32,000 nt of DNA from Promethearchaeia archaeon (GTDB taxonomy: Archaea > Asgardarchaeota > Lokiarchaeia > Sigyniarchaeales > SOKP01): assembly GCA_029856105.1 (NCBI GenBank), contig JAHQWH010000016.1, forward strand, positions 24,580 to 56,579. The letters run 5' to 3'. Made by a program: the position numbers and the translations under genes. Every line of letters begins with the position of its first letter. The first letter of the stretch is position 1. The notes below the pieces were generated by a model, which saw only the letters and a program-made list of their open reading frames with translations, had not been told where the DNA came from and made no database searches. Below are positions 25,218 through 32,000 of the stretch, in pieces.

Positions 25218-25682
25218 ATGTCTAACGAGAGAAGTGAAGTTCCAACATCGATTTTTTTCATGGGGGCATTAATCACCAGCGCTATTGGTGGAATTTTGCT
25301 CTTAGCCTTAGATTTCGGTGGATGGGACGGTTCAAATTATTACCTTGGAGTTTATATATTTGGAGGAATAGATGCGTGGAACAGTATTTATAGTATTCCA
25401 ATAGTGATCTCAGGATTCTTGCTCTTATACTGTATGGGTATTTCAATACTTGTACTTAGATTTCCTGATAAAATCCCTGATAAGAAATATGTTAAATACG
25501 GGCTTTATATGTCAACAATGGTATTTTTTCTTAGCTTAATTGGAGGTATTATTTTTGCCGTGGCGATGGAATTAGAGGATGTTTGGTGGTGGTTTGATGC
25601 AGGTTTTTATGGTGGAATAATTGGTGGGTTCTTAACGGCTATATTGTATTACCTAGGTTTAAAAAATCTTGATTTACCTTAA
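25218..25682 (+). CDS. hypothetical 4-TM membrane protein
   Basis: 154 aa with four hydrophobic segments, rich in Gly and aromatic residues. No family recognised. Confidence 0.55.
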   Translation: MSNERSEVPTSIFFMGALITSAIGGILLLALDFGGWDGSNYYLGVYIFGGIDAWNSIYSIPIVISGFLLLYCMGISILVLRFPDKIPDKKYVKYGLYMSTMVFFLSLIGGIIFAVAMELEDVWWWFDAGFYGGIIGGFLTAILYYLGLKNLDLP

Positions 25683-25694
25683 ATTTATAATATC

Positions 25695-25704
25695 TTTTTT
25701 TTTT
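25695..25704 (+). terminator. oligo-T tract after the 25218-25682 gene
   Basis: A run of 10 T, 13 nt after the stop codon. Confidence 0.4.
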
Positions 25705-25853
25705 AAAGAAAAAAATTTTCTATCAATTATTTCCCAAAATAAGAAAGAAATTTAAATTTTTTACGCAATTCTCAATATCAAAGATAATTAATTTATCTAT
25801 ATTCAGAAAAAAAAACTTCGAAAAGAAACAAAAACAACAAAAAGGTATTAATT

Positions 25854-26051
25854 ATGGGATTCGGAATCAAAATTGATATGGATGCTTGCACTGGATGTGG
25901 AACATGCTATGAAGTCTGCCCAAGCGAGTGCTTTGGCGAACCAGAGGGTGGAAAAGTGCATGTACTCGAAGATAATAGAGACGATTGCGTTGGTTGCATG
26001 GCATGTGAAACACAATGCCCTGAAGAAGCCATAACAATAACTGAGGATTAA
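25854..26051 (+). CDS. 2x[4Fe-4S] ferredoxin
   Basis: 65 aa with two CxxCxxCxxxCP motifs (CTGCGTCYEVCP, CVGCMACETQCP). Confidence 0.88.
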   Translation: MGFGIKIDMDACTGCGTCYEVCPSECFGEPEGGKVHVLEDNRDDCVGCMACETQCPEEAITITED

Positions 26052-26088
26052 AATTCAATAAATTCCTCTTAGATTTTTTAGAAAACTC

Positions 26089-26105
26089 TTTTTTTTTTTA
26101 TTTTT
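26089..26105 (+). terminator. oligo-T tract after the ferredoxin gene
   Basis: 11 T, then A, then 5 T, beginning 38 nt after the stop codon. Confidence 0.45.
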
Positions 26106-26246
26106 AAATTAAATTTTATTATTTTCAGATCGTGAAACACACCTTTCACGAAAATTTGTATGTATTACCGAAATATGCTAAGATATATCGGTGTAATACA
26201 ATTTATAAAAACATAAGAAGAATAAAAAAATTTGTTGAGTTATCGA

Positions 26247-27533
26247 TTACAAATCCGCGCAGAGAAAAACAATGAGCTCCTTTATATAAGTTTTAACTTC
26301 TTTTAATTTAACATTTTCGTTTACTGCGTGGTCATTAGAACCAGGATTTCCTACTCCATGAAGGATAATATCTTTAGTTTTTAGAATTTCAGAGACGTAA
26401 CCCATATCAGTACTTCCAGCGTTTCCAATCACCATAATTCTATTTTCTGGTACTTTTTGGACCTCCATCATAACTTTTTTCATCCTAGTTATATCGGGAG
26501 CGTTTGGATCTGCGACCATAGGTGGGTAATCGTAAACAAAAGTAGTTTTAACATCTAGTAATTTGCTTTTTGCTTTTCCTCTTTCTATTGCTTCAGAGAT
26601 TTCTTTCTTAACATCCTCGAGATTTTCGTCAGGGATTACTCTTCGGTTAATAGTTAAAGTACATAAATCCGGCACTATATTCGTTTTTGTTCCCGAATGT
26701 ATAATGTCTAGGTTGAACATGGGGGTCATATTTCGTTTTTCGCCCGTTCCAAATCTAGGTAACCCCGGAATGTTTTTACTTTCGCGAACTTCAACGATTT
26801 TTTTTAATTTCATTAATTCTACTAAGATTGGAACAGTTTCTTCTAAGGCATTTATTCCTAAAAAGTTCATTCCTGAATGGCAACTTTTTCCAAAAGATTC
26901 GACTATAACATTTAACGCCCCCGCCGTTCCTATAGGAATTATGGGGTTAATTACGCCTTCCATACAGAACACCGTTCCTTTAATGTATCCTTTTTCTGCA
27001 AGATAACGTATTCCGGGCCATATACCAATTTCTTCGTCAGTACAATTCATTACATTGATGTTATATTTTGGAGTTAATTTTAGTTCTTCAATTATTTGGA
27101 GGGCTAAAATCAGACAGACCATAGCACCTTTCATGTCAGAAGTTCCCCGACCATATATCTTTCCACTTCCAATCATAGTTGCTTCAAATGGTGGGAACCG
27201 CCATTTTTTTTCTCCATCATTCGGAGCTGGTACAACATCCATGTGTCCATAAAAACTGACATCTTTATCTCGTCCGAAACTTTTTGTAGCAACAAGATTA
27301 ATTCGAGGTCCTTCTAAAGAATATGGTATCTGTTTTACCAATTCTTCTGGCACAACAACTTCTTCCAAAGAGTACCCTAAATTTCTGAAAAAGGGGATTA
27401 AAGCATCCACATATTGGCGATATGCATTTCCAGGAGGGACTGTAGTATCAATATTGATAAAGGTTCTCATAACGCTCATTACTTTTTCCCTATCTAAATT
27501 ATCTACAACATTATAAATTTGCTCTAAACTCAT
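26247..27533 (-). CDS. M20-family metallopeptidase (ArgE/DapE/ACY1/CPG2-like deacylase)
   Basis: 428 aa. FYGHMDVVP, GRGTSDMKG and CTDEEIG metal/catalytic motifs. Confidence 0.8.
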   Translation of the reverse strand: MSLEQIYNVVDNLDREKVMSVMRTFINIDTTVPPGNAYRQYVDALIPFFRNLGYSLEEVVVPEELVKQIPYSLEGPRINLVATKSFGRDKDVSFYGHMDVVPAPNDGEKKWRFPPFEATMIGSGKIYGRGTSDMKGAMVCLILALQIIEELKLTPKYNINVMNCTDEEIGIWPGIRYLAEKGYIKGTVFCMEGVINPIIPIGTAGALNVIVESFGKSCHSGMNFLGINALEETVPILVELMKLKKIVEVRESKNIPGLPRFGTGEKRNMTPMFNLDIIHSGTKTNIVPDLCTLTINRRVIPDENLEDVKKEISEAIERGKAKSKLLDVKTTFVYDYPPMVADPNAPDITRMKKVMMEVQKVPENRIMVIGNAGSTDMGYVSEILKTKDIILHGVGNPGSNDHAVNENVKLKEVKTYIKELIVFLCADL

Positions 27534-27623
27534 AATCTTAAATCACCTTAAATTAGAATATATATTGAAAAATAAGTAATGTAATAAAATATTTCTGAAA
27601 GGAGATCTATTTTATATCACAAA

Positions 27624-28736
27624 TTACCACAGCAATATTTTGCCGCAATTCTTACAAGTTCCTTCATTAATCTGCATATTAAGACAGTTTTCGTGGTAAT
27701 TTGTACCACATGCTTGGCACATGTATATTTTACCTGTGTAATCACCAAAGTCATAGCCGCAATAACTGCATTTGTTTGCAAAAGAAAAATTACTACTATT
27801 TACATCCACTTCAACTATTTGCGAAGTCCCTGTTAACCCTGTATTTGTACTAGAAGGGGTTAAAAACGAACTATCTTGAGAAGGTGTAACCGTTTGTTGT
27901 TGCTGAGAATAAGGCTGAGGTTGTTCCCAGTTTGAAATGTATCCTTGAGCAGGTTTTTTAGATATTCCCATCTTTAAAGAAACTTTCTCGTCTAAAATAT
28001 TTGTTAATATTAAAGCTGAGGCGTATTTACCTTTTGCCCCGCCTTTTTGTAGGTGCGTATGAGAAATTAAATGAATAACGCGCCCTCCAGTTTTACCATG
28101 ATCAAAATAACATAAAACGGGAGCTTCGCCCCACTTTTGCTGAATTCGCAAAGAAGAGATTAATACTCGTACGGATGGATTAAGAACTTGAATTGGAAAA
28201 GATCTATTTTCAAGCCACCACTTAAATTCGGTTTTTTTGGTGTTTTTTGACGATCCTTTTTGCCATTTTGCTTGTTGTATTTCACTTATTACTCCATCTA
28301 AGAAAGGATGATTTGGCTCAAGTATTTGACACGCAACAACAGCGTCGGCAGTTCTTTCTTTGTTCCATCGGATATAACCCGGGAATATTGGTTCCACAAT
28401 ATGTTTTATAGCCCAGTCTGTTGTTATTATCCACCCTCCTTTTAGCGAAACATATTCACTAATTTTAGGGAAAGCCGAATGTGGTATTTTATCTCCTGGA
28501 CACCCAATCAACACGACATCGTAATCACTTAAATTATACTTCATGATATCGGTAGGTTTAATAGTTATATGTTTTGCCGCATACATATGATCTATTACTT
28601 TTTTAGGTTTTTCATAGCGACCTTCGACCGCGAGTATTCTGCCGTGCTTCTCGACTGCTTTTACAACATCTTTTTTATCGAGCGCTTCCATTTTACGCTG
28701 TTTAACTTCAGAATAAAGATCCTTCCAACTACTCAT
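27624..28736 (-). CDS. two-domain protein: alpha/beta (GATase1/ThuA-like?) N-domain, Q/S/T-rich linker, C-terminal C4HC3 PHD-like zinc finger
   Basis: 370 aa. C-terminus is CSYCGYDFGDYTGKIYMCQACGTNYHENCLNMQINEGTCKNCG, i.e. C-x2-C-x13-C-x2-C-x4-H-x2-C-x9-C-x2-C. Linker is QPQPYSQQQQTVTPSQDSS. The N-domain call (DYDVVLIGCPG...GGWIITTDW...NHPFLDGV) is weak. Confidence 0.6.
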   Translation of the reverse strand: MSSWKDLYSEVKQRKMEALDKKDVVKAVEKHGRILAVEGRYEKPKKVIDHMYAAKHITIKPTDIMKYNLSDYDVVLIGCPGDKIPHSAFPKISEYVSLKGGWIITTDWAIKHIVEPIFPGYIRWNKERTADAVVACQILEPNHPFLDGVISEIQQAKWQKGSSKNTKKTEFKWWLENRSFPIQVLNPSVRVLISSLRIQQKWGEAPVLCYFDHGKTGGRVIHLISHTHLQKGGAKGKYASALILTNILDEKVSLKMGISKKPAQGYISNWEQPQPYSQQQQTVTPSQDSSFLTPSSTNTGLTGTSQIVEVDVNSSNFSFANKCSYCGYDFGDYTGKIYMCQACGTNYHENCLNMQINEGTCKNCGKILLW

Positions 28737-28835
28737 TAAATAACCTCTTTTATTAATATTATAAGGTATTAAATATTATTTTTACTAAGTAATAAAAAAT
28801 AATTCATATTTATATTTTCATTGGAAGCGAGAATT

Positions 28836-30341
28836 ATGGAAAATTTTAAAAAACTTGGAGAGCCTTTAGAGTTTTGGCAATATTTTTTTCAAATCACTAA
28901 AATTCCTCGATGTTCAGCTCACGAAGATCAGATGAGAGAATATATTAAGAAAGAAGCGGAGAAATTAGGTTTTCAAACTGAGGTTGACCAAATAAAAAAT
29001 ATTGTTGTGCGAATTCCATCCAAAATAGGGTATAATTCAGGGATTTTAGGAGTAGTTTTGCAGAGTCACATGGATATGGTGTGTGAAAAGAATGAAGATG
29101 TTATTCACGATTTCTCAAAAGATCCATTAAAATTAAAGATCGTTGAAATTGAAGGTGAAAGATGGCTAACTGCGGAAGGGACAACATTGGGAGCAGATAA
29201 CGGCGTGGGAATCGCGTATCAGCTCGCTATTATGAAGAAAATCCACGATGGTAGTTTAAACTTTGATTCAATTAATTTAGACTTATTATTTACTGTAGAT
29301 GAAGAGAGAGCCCTTACGGGTGCGAGACAAATAAGTAAAAACTTGATTAAAGGAAAATATCTATTAAACCTTGATTCGGAAGAAGATGACCGTTTCACAA
29401 TTGGTTGTGCAGGAGGGAGAACATTTACTGTAAAGATAAAAAGAGAAAAAATAAAGAAAAATAGTATTGATACAAATTTAACACCAATTAAAATTTCCGC
29501 AACTGGTTTAGTTGGGGGGCATTCAGGCGGAGATATTCATAAAGGTCGGGGTAATGCGCTAAAAATTATTGCCCAAATTTTATGGAAATTGAATAAAAAA
29601 TATAAAGTTTATATCAGTTCTTTAAAAGGGGGTAATCTATCGAATGCTATTCCAAGAGAATGTCATGCTATTATTTTTATAAATAAAAATCAGTTTATAG
29701 AAATTGGTTCTTATATAAAAAAGTTGGAATTAAATATTCAAATGTTGTATAATGAAATCGAGCCAAATTTTAAGATTTCTTTCGAAAAATTAGACGCATT
29801 TACAGAAGATCTCACATTGACTAAAGAAATTCAAGATAAATTGTTAAACTTGTTATATTTGATGCCTAACGGCCCTATTTCTCTACATCCAACGAGTAAA
29901 GGATTAGTTCATACGTCTTCTAATTTGGCGTCTATAAAAACACATGAAGATTTTATTGAATTTCAAATAAGTCAAAGGAGTTTGACCCAGTATGACAAAG
30001 ATGTTATCCATGAAAAATTTACAACTTTAATGAAGATGTCTGGCTTAGAATTCAATAAAACTATTGATACGGAATATCCTAGTTGGCCGCCGGATTTTGA
30101 TTCAAAAATTACGAGCATATCTAAATCGGTATATAAAGAACTATTTGGCGAAGAAGTTATAATTCAAGCAATTCACGCGGGATTAGAATGCTCCTATTTT
30201 GGACACCATTTTCCAGAGATGGAAATGATATCTTTTGGCCCTGATGTTTTGGGAGGCCATTCTCCTGACGAAAGGCTGAAAATAAGAAGCGTAGAAAAAG
30301 TCTGGAAATTTTTAGTAACTTTACTTAAAAATTTAGGTTAA
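28836..30341 (+). CDS. pepD: aminoacyl-histidine dipeptidase (PepD, M20C)
   Basis: The ATG at 28836 is preferred over the TTG at 28821. Contains FFQITKIPRCSAHE, LQSHMDMV, GADNGVGIA, FTVDEERALTGA and GLECSYF. Confidence 0.82.
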   Translation: MENFKKLGEPLEFWQYFFQITKIPRCSAHEDQMREYIKKEAEKLGFQTEVDQIKNIVVRIPSKIGYNSGILGVVLQSHMDMVCEKNEDVIHDFSKDPLKLKIVEIEGERWLTAEGTTLGADNGVGIAYQLAIMKKIHDGSLNFDSINLDLLFTVDEERALTGARQISKNLIKGKYLLNLDSEEDDRFTIGCAGGRTFTVKIKREKIKKNSIDTNLTPIKISATGLVGGHSGGDIHKGRGNALKIIAQILWKLNKKYKVYISSLKGGNLSNAIPRECHAIIFINKNQFIEIGSYIKKLELNIQMLYNEIEPNFKISFEKLDAFTEDLTLTKEIQDKLLNLLYLMPNGPISLHPTSKGLVHTSSNLASIKTHEDFIEFQISQRSLTQYDKDVIHEKFTTLMKMSGLEFNKTIDTEYPSWPPDFDSKITSISKSVYKELFGEEVIIQAIHAGLECSYFGHHFPEMEMISFGPDVLGGHSPDERLKIRSVEKVWKFLVTLLKNLG

Positions 30342-30427
30342 ATAACTTGAATAATTATTTCTTTTTTAAAAAAATTTTAATTCAAAAGAAATTTATAAAA
30401 CAAAGAAAATAAAATTCTAAGATTATA

Positions 30428-30958
30428 ATGCAAAAAGAAAGAAGCACCAAAACAAAGCTTGTTAAAGAAGAAGTTATTGGTTCAGAGACGGTTTTTGAAA
30501 AAATCAAAGATAAAACTCCTTGGGTCTTTGGTAAAACACTAAGAAAACCTAAATTATTGTTTCCTGACATAAAAAGGCCTAGAATGGATATGCCTCTTCC
30601 AGGAAAATCATTGGCTGCGATAGTGGTTTATATTGTTTTGTTCCTTTTACAAACTGGAATTGTATATTTAATAATTAGAAACCCTCCAGCTTTGGGATCT
30701 AATCCACAAACAGGTGCACCTATGTTTCTTTATCCTAACATTAATGAATCGTTTATAATTGAAGGAATTGTCGCTTCAATATTTATTTTTTTGTGTTCTT
30801 TAGGCTTTATTTTTTTATATCAAGCATCTCAATATGTTTATAATAAGAATACTGCAATAAGGTATTTAATTGTAGGGATTATTTTAATTGTAATTGCTTT
30901 TGCTACATTACAAGCAATGATTACGATTAAACTTGGTGACACATTATTTAATGTGTAA
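30428..30958 (+). CDS. OSTC/DC2-like (Ost3/6-related) membrane protein
   Basis: 176 aa. PKLLFPDIKRPRMDMPLPGKSLAAIVVYIVLFLLQTGIVYLIIRNPPALGS...NESFIIEGIVASIFIFLCSLGFIFL aligns by eye with my memory of human OSTC ([47 protein letters not shown]...[25 protein letters not shown]). Confidence 0.55.
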   Translation: MQKERSTKTKLVKEEVIGSETVFEKIKDKTPWVFGKTLRKPKLLFPDIKRPRMDMPLPGKSLAAIVVYIVLFLLQTGIVYLIIRNPPALGSNPQTGAPMFLYPNINESFIIEGIVASIFIFLCSLGFIFLYQASQYVYNKNTAIRYLIVGIILIVIAFATLQAMITIKLGDTLFNV

Positions 30959-31183
30959 TATTGACCTTACCGGTAATTGCCCTAAATAGGATAAAACTCT
31001 TTATATTTATTATAATAAGCTTAAAATAGTTAAATCTCAGATGCCATTGAGGATAGACACTAATTTTTTGAATCCAGTCCATTAATACTCAAGTTGAACT
31101 TATTGAAGTAGTTTAAAAGTTTTCACGGAAAAAGAAAAAAAAGAAAAAATTATAAATTTTCTAAGTAAGACTAAAAACTTGAT

Positions 31184-31585
31184 TTATTTAAGCGAATCTG
31201 TAAACGCGTTATAGGCGGCTTCGTCTAATAAATTACCTTTTTCTGCGTCCCAATTTGAGGCATCGATCTTATATAACCAAGCTGAGAAGCCATCTTCGTT
31301 AATTTTCTCAGGCTCGTCCATCAAATCGCCATTTACTTCTTTAACTGTTCCAGAGACCGGACTATATACATCTCCAACAGCTTTACTTGACTCAACTGTG
31401 GCGTCAATTGGATCCGAAGTTGGTTCATCTCCATCCATTGTTAGCTGAGTAAGTTCAGCACCTTCAAGTGCATCAACATCAACAAAAGAGATCTCTCCTA
31501 ATTGCTCAGCTGCAAAAGGAGTAAGTCCTACTTCGCCATTTGCATCATTATACCATTGGTGGGTTTTAGTATACCAAATCGTCAT
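31184..31585 (-). CDS. gcvH: glycine cleavage system H protein / lipoyl carrier
   Basis: 133 aa. HQWYNDANGEVGLTPFAAEQLGEISFVDV and the lipoyl-lysine motif VESSKAVGDVYSPVSGTV. Confidence 0.85.
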   Translation of the reverse strand: MTIWYTKTHQWYNDANGEVGLTPFAAEQLGEISFVDVDALEGAELTQLTMDGDEPTSDPIDATVESSKAVGDVYSPVSGTVKEVNGDLMDEPEKINEDGFSAWLYKIDASNWDAEKGNLLDEAAYNAFTDSLK

Positions 31586-31722
31586 GTTATATTCAACTTT
31601 TTGTTTAAAATTTTTTAAATTTTTATAATATCGAATTTAAGTGTATGATAAGACTAATTATATAATAGATTTAAAATTTTTTTATTCCAGAAAAAAATTT
31701 TTAAAATAAAACAACGGTATAA

Positions 31723-32000
31723 ATGAAACATTCACTTAAGAAACAGATAGATTCGTTTGTTGAATTTAAACAGTGGTATATTAAGATACTGCAAGATTTT
31801 AATTTTGATCTTCAAAAAGATCGAGAAGCAAGGGATTTATTATCTCGTATTTTAGAAGAAAAACACTATTCGTATAACCTTGAGGAGATTTTGCTTTCTT
31901 TTAAGGAAATTATACAAAAAAAAGCGTATATCTGTGTTTTTGGATGTGGTCCTTCATTAGAAGAATCAGTTGATTATATACTAAGAAATTTAGGAAAAAA
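31723..32000 (+). CDS. MptE-like (DUF115; 6-hydroxymethylpterin diphosphokinase family) protein, N-terminal fragment running off the window
   Basis: Hand translation gives MKHSLKKQIDSFVEFKQWYIKILQDFNFDLQKDREARDLLSRILEEK...AYICVFGCGPSLEESVDYILRNLGK. The W..Y..I...F.F....D..A...L, then G.GPSL pattern resembles MptE-like proteins. Assigned from memory only. Confidence 0.45.
   Translation, partial: MKHSLKKQIDSFVEFKQWYIKILQDFNFDLQKDREARDLLSRILEEKHYSYNLEEILLSFKEIIQKKAYICVFGCGPSLEESVDYILRNLGK

Noticed and set aside
26563-27252. Plus-strand ORFs of 147 and 65 aa inside the M20 peptidase gene.
   Set aside because: They are antisense to a CDS with clear catalytic motifs, and their composition is typical of shadow frames.
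30382-30570. A minus-strand 62-aa ORF overlapping the start of the OSTC-like gene.
   Set aside because: It overlaps a better-supported plus-strand CDS and its promoter region. It is a hydrophobic low-complexity shadow frame.
1-32000. Looked for CRISPR arrays, IS or transposase genes, integrases, toxin-antitoxin pairs and known defence-system signatures.
   Set aside because: There are no short regularly spaced repeats and no DDE, tyrosine or serine recombinase motifs. No recognisable defence gene architectures were seen. The only repeat found is the 126-nt selB-promoter cassette.

Overview
Strongly AT-rich archaeal chromosomal segment with about 46 protein genes and one tRNA. I saw no rRNA, CRISPR array, transposase or integrase.

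The window has three blocks:
- (i) 1-9.1 kb is a selenocysteine-decoding island. It holds SepSecS (723-2090, -) and, 33 nt upstream of it, an unusually long tRNA-Sec(UCA) gene (2124-2279, -). It also holds two tandem Nudix/CoA-pyrophosphatase-like paralogs, several small Zn-ribbon, membrane and wHTH proteins, and an archaeal/eukaryal-type SelB (7130-8572, +) followed directly by a Roadblock/LC7 gene.
- (ii) 11.2-20.7 kb is one contiguous minus-strand ribosomal-protein operon: uS19-uL22-uS3-uL29-Rpp29-uS17-uL14-uL24-eS4-uL5-uS14-uS8-uL6-eL32-eL19-uL18-uS5-uL30-uL15.
- (iii) 20.9-32 kb holds mixed housekeeping genes: ribokinase, a cupin, a class II GATase, a beta-propeller, ferredoxin, two M20 peptidases, GcvH and an MptE-like protein. 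It also holds two eukaryote-signature-like proteins, an OSTC/DC2-like membrane protein and a C4HC3 PHD-like zinc finger.

The gene content (SepSecS route, eukaryote-like r-proteins, Roadblock, OSTC-like) suggests an Asgard, Lokiarchaeia-like archaeon. That assignment is inference only.

Most interesting observations:
- (a) A gapless 126-nt duplication of the selB promoter, leader and first five codons lies at 5341-5466. It drives a 41-codon ORF with an in-frame TGA in a Cys-rich context.
- (b) The tRNA-Sec gene carries about 30-nt insertions in both the D loop and the T loop, which may be non-canonical introns.
- (c) None of the 44 CDS whose 3' ends lie in the window stops at TGA.
- (d) SelB appears to be co-transcribed with a Roadblock/LC7 protein.

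All functional calls come from motifs I recognised by eye. No database search was possible.
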